Positions 1-14,073 of a stretch of DNA of 64,000 bases are shown here, piece by piece. The first letter of the stretch is position 1. Every line of letters starts with the position of its first letter. Source of the stretch: Octopus bimaculoides (taxonomy: Eukaryota); the NCBI RefSeq assembly GCF_001194135.2, contig NC_068988.1, positions 40,168,827-40,232,826 of the forward strand, read 5' to 3'. Position numbers and translations under genes: made by a program. Under the pieces are notes generated by a model, which was not told where the DNA came from, did no database searches, and saw only the letters and a program-made list of their open reading frames with translations.

Positions 1-269
1 ATCAATACGACCTCCCCTAGGTTTTTAGTGATACACAGGGAGGAAATGATTTCTGAAGATATTATGTGGACTTTCTGGAATATATAATCTTAAAGTATGC
101 TGCTCATTCCGATCAGCAAAGCATTTGTTTAGTTTTGTATATTATACTTTCTCTAGAGTGTAACATTGTATATTTCTTTATAACAGCTCTATGTTTATTT
201 ATTGAAGTATCATGAAGATATTTTTTTAATCTCTACTATGACATTTGCTGCATATAATATTTTTCCTAG

Positions 270-371
270 TTTCTGGATCTTGAATATGACAATATCTCCC
301 ACCCTGAGTGGATTGGCGCATGCGATGACTATTCTAATAATATGCGGGTCGATCACTATCTGCAAAATAAA
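270..371 (+). CDS. Candidate upstream exon (possible signal-peptide exon of the lectin)
   Basis: ttttcctAG acceptor at 268-269 and AAA|GTAAGG donor at 372. The frame from ATG 286 reads MTISPTLSGLAHAMTILIICGSITICKI (hydrophobic, phase 2 end). It only joins exon A via the alternative AG at 3554-3555. A second frame (FLDLEYDNISHPEWIGACDDYSNNMRVDHYLQNK) is also open. Confidence 0.3.
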
Positions 372-1269
372 GTAAGGTTTGCATGCAATGATCTAGGGCA
401 TTGATTAGAAATTTTCAAGAGAGTCAACTACTCTAAAACACTAAAGATCCTAGCAAGTTATCGAGAAGCCAGCAGCGAAAGGTTCTCCCTGGAAAGAGGG
501 AAAAAATTGAAAGGAGATATGGCTACATGTGAAGAGGCTAATGGTTTAGAAGAGTGAATACTGATTGATATAGAAGTGGGCAAGTGCCAGGTGTTCGAGA
601 TTATAAAGTTTAGTTTTGATATGAAACAAAATTGCGACATTAACATCTAACAAGTTAACAACACGTGTCTGGCAACTAAATGTAGACAACTTCAAATAGC
701 AGTTTCAAAGAATATCATGGCATGTCATATTTAGTACGCTTAAGCCATGGCATGTGTTCCATGTTCCGGGTATATAATAATTAAAATTTTACTTTTAAAT
801 GAAATGCAAGTCTTGCATCCAGTATAATATGAATGTATATTGAATGTGTGTGTGTAAGTTAATTGTGAATAAGATTATCATGTCTCAAGAAGTGAACGAA
901 CACTAAATTTATTACATAAATCGCATAATATTGCATGTAATATCGAATAAATTACGTTCGTGCACCGAAGCATAGAAAGCTAGCATTGATTTTACTTCTC
1001 TTTTCCTTGTTTAAAATAATGCATATATTTGTTCATGTTTTTTCCATTTTTAACTCTTTAAAGACATTCAAATATTCCAATAAATCATACTTCCGGATAT
1101 TTGTATGAAAGATGTATGGAGGATACATAAAAATGATATACAGCAAATTTAATTTATAGCAAAATATTATCCAGGAAATATCTGGTTGAATACATCAATC
1201 AAATACTTATTTCTTTGTCTCTTTGTTTATTTTGTGTTACAATTTGTGAGCAATAGCGTCGTGATTTTC

Positions 1270-3075
1270 AACGAGTGCATGTGAATGCATTTGGCAGACC
1301 TGTCAGCCATTCATTTTCCTGTGCTGTTTTTCAGCAAGACTTACTTGTCTTCACTTGAATTGTTAACTTCTTCCTCTCGTCGTTTTACTTTTAGACTTCA
1401 GTAGGGTCCGTTACAAACAATTTGCCCCAGGTTTTGAACATTAATGTTAACTCTAACCGTAATTTCTCTCTGTCTCATATCTTTCAATCGAATTTGAAGT
1501 CACTTTAGAGCGCTGCACATCCCGCTAAATAGGTTCTTCGAGATCCCCTAATCTGACATTCAGTGTATTTGAGCTAGTCAGTGGAGACGTAATTGTTGGA
1601 TCTGAATGGCGAGGCTGCGTGTCTGGAAGCTGTCCACAAACCCGTTGTTTGTGATAAGATTTTTAAGCCTGATATCCAGATTTAGTTTCAGGATCTGCAA
1701 AGCTGGAAAGTGATAAGATCCTGTCTTTATCTAGACTCGAGAGACTCTAGGTCTCCTTACTAGAGCAGTGTGCTTAAGACACAAGTACTCTACTCTTAAA
1801 CTTTCATGTGCATCATTAGCTTCCTATTCTTTCAAACTCTCATTGCATGCATGAAATCTGATGAAACTGCACGTTCAATATATCATCTTGATATCAGAAT
1901 ATAGGGAGATGTTGTGTTGATGGTGGAACCAAAGTATGTGAACATGGGATCTACTCCCTGCACACAACATTTGATGGTAGTCGCAGAATACTGCTCAACA
2001 CTTTCGCACAGAACTTTCGTTTTCCGCTGAATGATGATTAAGGACAGGTTTTACAATTGCTCCAGCGTTATTGGTAAACAGTGGATCTCTGTTGAATATT
2101 TCTCACAGTTTTGTTTTGCTTGTAACTCTCATGAAGGTAAACACAAAGAGATGATGTTCTAGAAAGGAGCTTCAGCTTGATAGCGAAGATGACCAGCATT
2201 GGGGGAAAATTTAAAGCCGTATTTCATCCCACAGTCGAAGCTAAAGCCTTGTGAGGAAAGATTAACAAATTAAAGTGAGTCTTCCTTGTCTGTGTTGAAT
2301 GAGTTAAGATAACAGTAAAAAGTCGATGGATGTCAATTCTGGCTTAGGATTTTGACGAAGACGTAAATTGGTTGCCTTTGCTCTGTATTATTTCTTGTAA
2401 CTGCCAAAAGGAGAAGTCATGTCAATTTCAAGCATTTTAAGTTGAATAGGTATTAAGGCTAAGATATATGCTTCCAATGACTTTTCAAACGATCTGTCTA
2501 GAGCCACGTGGGCAAGGGTCATTCCAACATCAGGAAGTACTCTTTACCGTATGTTACAGCAGATTCTGCCCACAGTGTATCCTAGTAAACAGTGACCATG
2601 TAGCTGTTCATCAACGTGTGGGACTGCTCCTTATTTCCAGCGCAAGTACAGAGATTCCAGTGACTAATAGCTTGTCTTGGCAAATTTAATGACTTTTAGG
2701 AGACTGCTGTTCAATAATGGTGTTTTGGCGATAGAAAGATGGTCAAGGATTTTACTCAGCTCTTCAGCAAGCAGTCCACAGTGTCTAGTGGATTTTCCAA
2801 AATATTATTTTCCGTGTATCAGTCCAGAATAGTGATCGATCGATTTTTCCATCTGATTGAATTTTCTTTGATGGTTTAAACCTGGTATTCTTTAGAGTGC
2901 TGGCGTCATAGTCATAGCTGTGCGAGCTAAGTTGAGCTAATGGTCTATTTGACTCCTAAATAGATTCTAGGGGTAAACGTCGAATGAGTCGAATGACGAC
3001 TGATTGTCTTCAGTTAACTGTAGCCAGTAGTCATTTGTACTGGCTCTGATTATTTTCTGAGCTTCGTTTCTTACT
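1270..3075 (-). mobile_element. Degenerate RTE-clade LINE (RT and C-terminal region)
   Basis: Minus-strand translation with stops includes FTYFGSTIN...RV*KNRKLMMHMKV*E*STCVLSTLL, resembling RTE FTYLGST...RVWKNRKLT..TKV.VYRACVLSTLLYG. Boundaries approximate. Confidence 0.7.
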
Positions 3076-3551
3076 GCTATTAGCATCTACATGATTATTT
3101 GTGATATGACAGAGACAAATTTACTTCAACTCGTTTCAAAGCAGTCATTTGACATCCACGCTCAAAAACACGCGCAAACATGCGGCCCACGCACATATAC
3201 AAAGTAGACTTTCTTATATTTCCCTACCAATTTGGAACCACAAAATCTGAACAAGATTTTCCTACCATCATCATGTTAGGAGATACTTCGCTCTCGAAGG
3301 AAATTCGCTAGAATCATGGCCATATCTTCACCCATACATATTCATATGCCTTAATCAAAGCGAAAAGATGAAAATATAGGAAACGAAATGACTCTATGTA
3401 TATGGATGTATGTATTTCCTTTGCACCAATGAAACAATCTATCACTGTTCTTATAGCTAAAGTTACTATTGCTGTTACTATCATTATTATCATTTCTAAG
3501 TTATTATCACAAAACTACAAATAATAATTGCTGTTTTGTTTCTTGTAATAG

Positions 3552-3686
3552 GTAGCACGTTAATGGACTTCAACTATGCCCTGGAAAAGCCATGTAAACA
3601 GTCTTCCACAGGCGGAGTGAACGGCAGCATGGAGGGTGATTCCAGTTATGCAGTAGACGGAGATTTTAAAACCTGTTCACGAACTG
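3552..3686 (+). CDS. F-type lectin coding exon A (135 bp, phase 1-1)
   Basis: Acceptor ctgttttgtttcttgtaatAG at 3550-3551, donor G|GTAATG at 3687. Encodes GSTLMDFNYALEKPCKQSSTGGVNGSMEGDSSYAVDGDFKTCSRT. Confidence 0.9.
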
Positions 3687-5208
3687 GTAATGCATTGATA
3701 ACCTATGACATTTTGTCCTCTACAGTAAATCTTATACGTCGTTAGAAAGTTTCATATTAACAGAAGGGTACAATAAACGCATATCTTTCCGAAATTCTTC
3801 CACGCTGATGTCTACACAAGCATGCGTGCGCGCGCGCACACACACAAACACACACACGCACGTACGCACGCACACGCACGTACACACACATGTACAAATA
3901 CACACGCACATACATATATATTTACATACAAAAGTGCGTGTGTGATTGAATCAGCATCATCCTGTTTATCATCATCATCATCATCATCATCGTAATCATC
4001 GTCGTCATCGTTGTCGTCATTCCATTATCATTTCGTTAGTGCATGCTAATTTAGTTAGCAGGTATTTTATTTGGATGTTTGGTGACAAGTCTCTTAAAAT
4101 TTCAAGTCTTTCGAAGGATTCTTGCAGGAATTATTATTACTGTTACTATTATCATTATTATTAATATTATTATGAAAGTAAACAAACAAAGTTTGTTCTT
4201 TTTTAGAAGCGTTGAGATGTATTGTAAGAACAAAAAAAAATTTATTTCTCAAACGCGTGATAATGCTATAAATAGCGTAATCAGGATAAATTATCCATTT
4301 ATTGCAGAAAAATACGGTACTGGCCAGCGATGAGACTCGAACTCACATCTCTGTGATTATGCGTCAAGTGTTTTACCATTAAACTAAACTGCCCAGCAAA
4401 TAATTCTTCTGCAATTTTAGAACTTATAAATTTAGCTTCATAAGACGCTAACGTTAAATTCAACTTTACGATGAAAGTAAACAAAGTTTGTTCTTTTTTA
4501 GAAGCGTTGAGATGTATTTTAAGATACAGAAATAAATTTATTTCTCAAACGCGTGATAATGCTATAAATAGCGTGATCAGGATAAACTATCCATATAATG
4601 CAGAAAAATACACTACTGGCCAGCCATGAGACTCCAACTCACAGCTGGGGCAGTTTAGTTTAATGGTAAAACACTTGACTCGTAATCACAGAGATGTGAG
4701 TTCGAGTCTCATGGCTGGTCAGTAGCGTATTTTTCTGCAATAAATGGATAATTTATCCTAATCACGCTATTTATAGCATCATCACGCGTTTGAGAAATAA
4801 ATTTATTTCTTTTCTTATTATTTTATGCTCGACTTTTGCTTTACATTTGTACAAGTCTCACCCAGAGACCTCAAGCGACAAGTTAGAAGTTCATGTTGGT
4901 GCTATGCCTAGGGTGTCATATATTTGGGTTTGCACATAGTATTGTTCTAGAGAATGTTTAAGAAAACATAAGAAAATTATGAGTTTGTTTTGAAATTTAA
5001 GATTACATAGACAGTATTTTACGTAAGATATGGACAGTTCCCATGAGCATTATCTTTTGAATTTCTGCCATTACGCGGTTTCCTGCTATCTGAGCTAGGT
5101 AGCAATTCTCCCCTTTTGCTATCATTCCTAGGGCACCTATGACAACAGGTATTATTTTAGTCTTCAGATTCCACATTTTGCTAACTTCTATTTCAAGAGC
5201 TTTATATA

Positions 5209-5298
<90 letters not shown>

Positions 5299-5898
5299 GT
5301 TATCANNNNNNNNNNTGTTATCATTCTTCTTATTATTATTATTGCCGTTGCACAGCTTCTAACGCTGGATATGTACTACAGTGCCATCTGTTCACTACCA
5401 GTGAACTAAAATTACACCTCTTATTTTTCGAGCACCTTCTGGAGTATTCGAGCGGTTCCATGCAGTGCTGTTTTTTTGCAAGTGCTCCACACTTATTGCA
5501 GCCCCTATTTGTTCCATGTACTTCTCCAGATTTTTACACACTGTTCCCAGGGTTCCAACAATTATTGGTACTACCACCACCTTCTTCATCGGCCACAACT
5601 GCTTAACCTTTCAAGCTAACCTATCATATCTATCCAGTTTTCATTCTTCCTTATCGCATAACTTGTCAGCTGAGCATACTATATTGTCGTGGCGTCTCTT
5701 ACATTCCTTCTGGGCTACTGGCGTACATTGGTTTGTAATATGCCATACGGTTTCACCATTCTGTCCACAGATTCTGCACTTATTATTATTATTATTATCA
5801 TTCTTCTTCTTCTTCTTCTTCTTCTTCTTCTTCTTCTTCTTCTTCTTCTTCTTCTTCTTCTTCTTCTTCTTCTTCTTCTTCTTCTTCTTCTTCTCCTT

Positions 5899-5963
<65 letters not shown>

Positions 5964-6753
5964 CATTTTTTTAAAATCATTATTATCAATGGAAACTTCA
6001 TTTAATGTTGTGTGCAATATTTAATCTAGGTTTATATGAATGTGTAGATTGGCAGGAAAATAATGGTTTTTGAGGTATCAAGGTATTTTGATCTAATTTA
6101 CCCATCTTTGCCGAATATCATCAGCTTCTGTTGAATATCGTGAATCCACTTATTTTAGGTTTATTGTTAAAATTAATTATAATCAATATATGATTATTGC
6201 AATACAATATATTGATATTATATACATCAGTTTATCTGTATGGTAATCATTCATTAATGAGGTTTCGGATCTAAATTAGAATGAACTATATGGTCTCTCA
6301 TAACAAGTTATTCAAGCTGAAAATATCTAATAAGGTATTGAATTACTAGTTTATGCGTTCAAATATTTTGTAGGCGTTTCGTTTTAGTTTGTATACGATA
6401 ACTGTCCCCCTACATTAAAACAAACATGACGTGTGATCAAGATCTTCGCTTCGAAATAACATGATTACAGATTCGACCATATAGTGTCTTCAGCTGCAAG
6501 GGAATTCGTAGAGATTAGAGTGTTTATTTGCTATGAGTATTAAAAATATATCGCTTCGGTTACTTCACAATCTGCTGAGAAAGGGAACACACAAACGCAT
6601 ATATATATTTATGTATATAGATNNNNNNNNNNNNNNNNNNNNNNNNNNNNNNNNNNNNNNNNNNNNNNNNNNNNNNNNNNNNNNNNNNNNNNNNNNNNNN
6701 NNNNNNNNNNNNNNNNNNNNNNNNNNNNNNNNNNNNNNNNNNNNNNNNNNNNN

Positions 6754-6805
<52 letters not shown>

Positions 6806-8363
6806 TGTGTGTATGTATATGTGTGTATTTACAATTATAACTATAATAATATATCATAGTAATGATATATATTCTCCGATTTCAAGCGATATTTATATAT
6901 AAACAATTTGGCAGAAATATATTGGGCTAACCCTAGTCAGAAATGGACCAACATATCAACGCTCACATTGCTACATGCGGTGCGCATCCAAATGAGTCAA
7001 ATGTTCATGCATTAATTTCAGCCAAATTTTACGTATATATACTTCAACAGTCTAATACTACATATAATATTTATAAACAAACCACAGTCGCTTTCTCTCC
7101 GTAACTTACAAAGCCTTCTGTCTTGTTTGTAAATATTATATATATATGAACATATACATACATATACATACATACATACATACAATTATAACAATAGAGA
7201 TTCCTCATGAAAATCTTATTTGGCTATCTCTTCACAAAATCACATATTTTAATGAGATTCTACGTTGGTATCATACATTTGTGAACATTGATAATATAAA
7301 ATGCAAATATATATATATTTTTTTTAATGCAAGCCAGCGGAGGGAACAGTTTCATTTACTCAAGAATATAAAAATAAAATAATACAATAATAAAGTTATT
7401 TTCATGAATCGGCAAAATGCAACAAAAATAGTAATCAGAAAATAGTAATTAGTTATCCAATATTTCACGAATGAATTAATATGGATTAGTTTGTTAAATG
7501 TATTAGATTGTTTGTCTTAGTTGAAACACTTTTTCATAACAGTGATAATGCCAAATAATTTAATCAAGTCCCACTGTTTTCTGTTATAGTTTCTTATTAC
7601 ATATCTGTTCATTGAAAAAATTGCGTTTACCATAAATGAAACTGATTCTCAGAAAATTTTGTTCTTTAAAATGTTTTTAAAAATCACATTCATTTTTATA
7701 TTTAATGCATAATTTTAATGAGTTTTTATTCCTGCATAGAATCATTAAGTATTGTTAATTTAATATTGGACTGAGACGGTCGTTCATATCAAATTATTCA
7801 GCAATTTGTAACACTGTCATATTATTAACTTGGACTATGATATTTTTATGCGCCCTGAAGTTTTTTTTCTAAGCTGCAGTGAAAAACGAATATCTACAAT
7901 GAATTAAAGGAAAAACATCATTAGTAAATTTGCCTGGGGATATAAGTGAATCATATAATATTTTTCCTTTATAAAAAGGAGACGTGTTAGGTGCAGTTAA
8001 ACATCTATACAACGGTGAGCCAATATATATTGAGACTAATATAATCAGATTACAATCGCCAGGAAATTGGATTCTGTTTCATTAAATTGCTATTTCTGCT
8101 CGATGTTAAGAAGTAGTTTGGAGCAAACGCATCGGTTTTAACTCATATTATCTCGAAGATTCTTACATATTTTAAGGGGCTTAATTGCATTCTTGTTTAA
8201 CGATTTCATGTTCAATTATCTATGTTTATACTAAATACAAAAATGGTGGGTGTTTATAATTTAGTGTATATATGTGAATGTATGACTGTATAGGTGAATA
8301 TATGTATTTATATACATACATAATACATACATGCATGCATGCACACACACACACACACACACA

Positions 8364-8407
<44 letters not shown>

Positions 8408-8691
8408 NNNNNNNNNNNNNNNNNNNNNNNNNNNNNNNNNNNNNNNNNNNNNNNNNNNNNNNNNNNNNNNNNNNNNNNNNNNNNNNNNNNNNNNNNNNNN
8501 NNNNNNNNNNNNNNNNNNNNNNNNNNNNNNNNNNNNNNNNNNNNNNNNNNNNNNNNNNNNNNNNNNNNNNNNNNNNNNNNNNNNNNNNNNNNNNNNNNNN
8601 NNNNNNNNNNNNNNNNNNNNNNNNNNNNNNNNNNNNNNNNNNNNNNNNNNNNNNNNNNNNNNNNNNNNNNNNNNNNNNNNNNNNNNNNNNN

Positions 8692-8755
<64 letters not shown>

Positions 8756-11700
8756 TTCTGTGATTCCTCCATATCATTACTTGGTCCCTCTCAATTCTTT
8801 CTCCTATCTCCTATTCCTTAGTCCCTCTGCCTTCTTCAACTCCTCCCCTCCTTTACCATGTGATCGCTGTCCACTTTATGCATTGTCGTCCTTATTCAAA
8901 TTGACCGCCTTTGAGGTCAGTTGCATCTGTTCTGTTTCGCCACCCGGTCAGTTAAGATTTTTCCATTTCCTTTTTTCCTTGCACTAGCATATTACACTGT
9001 CTGATAGCTGAAAGACCCTGTTTGTTTTGTGTTATTTTTGTTGTAATTGTATAATTATTTTCCTTTGGTTGTATAGCCGAAACGCTTTTGCCCTTTGTAT
9101 ATGTATAAATCCATTTTTTATGTTACATTCGTCCGTTAGTCGAAAGACACTTTCTTTTAGTTATATCTTTGTGTTTGTATAGGTGCATTCGCCTGTCTTG
9201 CTTAGGGGCTTATTGCCTTCAGCTGAAACCCTTGCCACAACTGTTTTTGAGTAGCATCGGAGAAGATTGGGCGAAACTACGTGGAAATTCCAAACTCCGA
9301 CTAAAGAGGCAATTGGCTGCGAATGATCCGTGTATCTTGTTTTGTCCTGTTTGCTGTTGTTGTACTTTCGTCCTTTACATGCTTGTTGTTTTGACGATTT
9401 CGTTTCTTTTTTTTTTTACCATATATATACATATATATATACAAAATTATATACAAAAATAAGAGGAATGACCAGCAAAAGTGGACTCCTATTATAGAGA
9501 TAGATGCCGAATCATCTAACCACGAAAAATGTTCTCAGTAAAAATTCAGCGACACAACAGACTACAAAAGGGCAAGACAAATGAAAAAATACTAAATAAA
9601 GAAACGATTGACCTACGTTCCATGGATAGGACTTCCTGTAAAGTTCCGAGGATTGGACTTCCTGGAAATGGAATGGCCATCCTGGGAAGTTCCGAGGTTA
9701 GGACTGCCTGCAAAGTTCCGAGGTTCAGCTATTTCCTGCAAAATACCGAGGATGCGTCTTCCTAGAAAGAAGACACTCCGAGGATGAGTCATCCTGGAAA
9801 TTTCGATGGATTTTCTGGAAAGTTCCGACGTTGAGCTAGTTCCTGGAAAGTTCCGAGGATAAGCCTTCCTGGAAAGTTCCGACGATTGGACTTCCTGAAA
9901 ATTTCAAATGTCATCTTGGAAAGTTCCGAGGTTGGGGTACTTTCTGGAAACTTCCGAGGTTGTGACTTCCTTTAAAGTTTCAAGGACTTTCTGGAATGTT
10001 CCGATGTTCAGAAAGTTCCTAAGTCCCATCCTGGAAAGTTTCGAGGATGGGACTTCCTCAAACGTCTGCAGATTTCACTTTCTAGAAAGTTCCGAGGTTG
10101 AGCTACTTCCTGGAAAGTTCGGAGTATGGGACTTCCTGGAAAGTTCCGAAAGTGAGCAATTTCCTGGACATTTCGTAGAAAATTCCGGAGACTTTCTCGG
10201 AACTTTCCAGGAAAAACTTAGCCCCTCCCTAATCGGAAATTTCCGGGAAGTAATTCCTCCCCTCCTCCGCTTCTTTGGAACCTTCCAGGAAGTATTTCCC
10301 CATCCGTGGAACTTTTCAGGAAGTAATTCCTCCCCTTCTTTTGAACTTTCCAGGAAGTAATTCTTTTCAGTCCTCCCCTTCCTTGGAACTTTCCAGGAAG
10401 TAATTCGCCCCTTCCTCGGAAATTTCCATTGCAGCCAAATCTCTCTCAAAACACCGTACTGTTTTAATGGGACAATGCTGCGTATTATGTAGTTTGAATT
10501 AGAAAGTGTAAGTTATGTGAGCAACTGGTTGTGTTAATGGTAGAAGAAAGGGGAATTGCATTAGAAAAAAGTTTTAATCTCTGTTCTCGGTAAGTATGGA
10601 GTTTAGGAAAACAGAAGAGGCATTAATAAGTTGACGCTAAGAATTGCTTTAACAGGAAATGAAGCTGTAAGATTTAACGGCAAAATAGTATATAAGAATT
10701 AATAGCAGACGTATCCAATTTAAGAAAAGTGAAGTTAAAAGCTCAGTGAACAAGTATGGAATAAGTAATTGTTATACGCTTATAGAAAAACAATTTATAT
10801 TATAGAGTAGATACATACCTGTTGAAGACGAAAATGTATGTGAGAGCTATTGTATTAAATGTGTGTATAATCATAGAGAAAGTGAAAGACATGAAATGGA
10901 CGTGTGTGTGTGTATGTGTGTGTGTGTGTGTTTTTGCGGCTAATTTGGCGGGAGCTTTGCTGTCAGCAGGATGTGGTTTATGTTTTATCTCTCGATCAAT
11001 GGCTGCTCAAGCGAAAATATTTTTTAAATATGTGTATTTTATGGAAAGGGGATCTTTTGAAGTGGGTGTCAAATGAAAAGAGGCATGGACAGTTTTATGA
11101 CTGAACTTCTTTTGAAGTCGGCGTGAGACGGAAGAATTGATGTGTGTCCGTATGTCTGTGTGTGTGTGTGTATATGTTTGTTGGGGTGTGCGAGACAGAG
11201 AGAGTAATGCTGATGGTGTGTGTGTATATGAGAGAGGGATAAAGAGAGAGAGAGAGAGATAACTGAAATTTTCTATTCAGTTTTTGTAGTGAGTGTATGT
11301 GTGAGTGATTGACAGAGAAGACAGTAATTATGTGTATATATATTATGTATGAATGGCTTCAGTGACACAAACTCACATACACGGAAGCACCCAGGATGTT
11401 TTAATCGATTTTCTCGGTAACTATGGGGTCTATGAAAAATACAAAGCGCGTTCCAATCTATGCACCCGTCTCCACATGTTTGCCATGTTTCACGCGAAGC
11501 CACCAAGCCGTTTGGCCGTGAGCCTCGCGACAAGAAAGAATACAACGGTCGGCCATGTTCAATTTATATTATAGATATAGGCGCAGGCGTGTCTGTGTGG
11601 TAAGAAGCTTGCTTGCTAACCACATGGTTCGGGGTTCAGTCCCAGTGTGTGGAACCTTGGGCAAGTGTCTTCTACTATAGCATCGGGCCGACCAACGCCT

Positions 11701-11823
11701 TGTGAGTGTATGTGGTAGAGAGAACCTGAAGGAAGCTCGTCGTATACATATACATCTACATATGCATACACACACACACACACACATACATACATACATA
11801 TATGTACACACACATATATATGC

Positions 11824-11864
<41 letters not shown>

Positions 11865-14034
11865 NNNNNNNNNNNNNNNNNNNNNNNNNNNNNNNNNNNN
11901 NNNNNNNNNNNNNNNNNNNNNNNNNNNNNNNNNNNNNNNNNNNNNNNNNNNNNNNNNNNNNNNNNNNNNNNNNNNNNNNNNNNNNNNNNNNNNNNNNNNN
12001 NNNNNATAAATGTGTGTGTATATGCGTACGATGCGGTGCTGAAAATTTCCTGCTTTTGGGTAAAAGAAAATACAGGAAGATCAGTTAATCATGAATCTTT
12101 TCAACATATTGCCCTCTCAGATTCACACACTGATTGCAGTGGTCTCCTGTTTTTCTAAGCCCTATAAAAGTAACCGCAGTGTTGGGCCTCCGACCAGGCC
12201 TTTGCTGATGCCCTTAAAGCCAGGAACGTATCAGCACACACGCACACGCACACACACACACACGCACACACACACACATACACACACAAACACACACTCA
12301 CACACAAGCACACACACATATAATTATGCACATACACATATTCTTACGTACGTACATACACACACATTTACATACATGCGTGCGTGTGTTTGTACCTATA
12401 TATATAAAGACATACATGCTTATGTAAGCATCTTTATTGTATCTCTCACTCTTTATTTTATTGTGTTACTTTATTTCCCTCACACACAATCATTCTATGA
12501 ACGTCATGTACATGCTCAACACCCACAGCTAGTGTGTGATACAGATATATGCACGAATAAAATATGTGTTTAGATTCAGTCACACAGCTTGTAAATAATT
12601 CATATACACAGCGTGTAAATAAACGCGTCTTACTTGAATATACAGCCATTAACGATGTGTCGTTCACAATCAACTATACACACATATAGTTCCAATTTAA
12701 AATCTATTTCAAGCCTGCAGCTGCCATCAGATCTGGCTTGCTAACATCATTTCAGCAACTGTTTTAAGTGTCTATGTATATAGGTACTATCTATATAGAG
12801 GCCAGGCGACATAGGAAACCTTTAGATGCTCACACTCTTTGACTTAGCATTATATCCAGGATGTAACAACTGGTGAGAGAAAGAGCTAAGTGCAGCACAC
12901 AACACGGTTGTAACTCATTTTTAGATGAGAGGAGTTAAGTAACATAAAATGAAGTGGCTTGCTCAAGAACACAAAATGGCGCCTAGACCAGTAAATGAAC
13001 CCACGGCATTATAATCGCGAGTCCAATGTTCTTATTACTGGGCTTTGTATCTTCACACTCCCTCTTTCATAAATCATATATTGTGACAAACAGTTTCAAT
13101 CTATCTAGGAAATGCATTTGCACCGTGTATTACTTAGCTCTTTTTCTCTGGATTTACACACAATCTTATACCCTCGATCATATGCACATACATACCCACA
13201 CAAACACACATGTTTCGTGTATATTCACTCATTTATAAGCATATGCACTGAAAAAAATAATTTCTCCCCAAACTGATACTGAAAATCTTTCACAGTAGAT
13301 CAAGCGCCCTATTACTTTACTTCTCACTTCTCTTTCTTATATCTAAATTAGGTATTCTAGCATATTATTCGTAAAGATTTAAGCATACACAGATATACTC
13401 ATAAATATATAAATAGAAACTATCCAAACACTTCATGAAGTTACATTTAGCAGACTGAAAAAAAAATCACCTGATTAAGCAGATTTTCTATGCAGAGATT
13501 TATCTGGAAAAGCATTCCATTTATCATGTTTTTTTCATAGCTAAACTTTGCAGAATATGGCACAATGACAGGAGTTTATGTAAAGTTTGTGGGAGGAAAC
13601 ATGCCTAAAATATCTAAAAACAATACCATCAGCTAAAGCAGATTCACTATAAAGTCACATGTCATATATTCATACATACGGAAGTAAATTGTTTAAGTTT
13701 GATTTAAAATTTTGGATTTGACATATTTTTATATTTCACAAATTTTAGTATTTATTCTGAAGGAGGCAACTGACCTGAAAACCTAACACTATATTTTATA
13801 AGCAAACACAACCATATGTTGATATTTCAATATCATAGCAATAAGTCAAAATTATGTGAGTTTAGGAAATTTATATCAACGATGGTTGTTATAATTTAAT
13901 GACAGATCACTTTAAATATTGCTTAAGAAACAAAAATGTTACCGTCTCCCTTTTCTCATCTGTTTTTCTGTCTGTCTGTCTGTCTGTCTGTCTGTATGTA
14001 TGTATGTATGTATGTATCTATCTATCTAACTATC

Positions 14035-14073
<39 letters not shown>

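Larger units (their letters stand above)
4172..4810. repeat. ~299 bp tandem unit containing a tRNA-like head, ending in a 116 bp inverted repeat (4528-4643 / 4695-4810)
   Basis: atgaaagtaaac...gtttgttcttttttagaagcgttgagatgt recurs at 4172 and 4471. Segment 4528-4643 is the near-perfect reverse complement of 4695-4810. Confidence 0.9.

Noticed and set aside
4649-4721. Functional tRNA-Thr gene or mitochondrial insertion
   Set aside because: Acceptor and anticodon stems have mismatches, the sister copy has a different loop, and the flanks are not mitochondrial-like; kept as tRNA-like only.
5139-6024. Long ORFs with poly-Y/F/L/R/I runs (and similar ones throughout the window)
   Set aside because: Translations of tri- and dinucleotide microsatellites; no domain content.
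9629-10437. CRISPR-like repeat array
   Set aside because: Repeats are degenerate, spacing is irregular, spacers are not unique, orientation flips, there are no cas genes and the context is eukaryotic.
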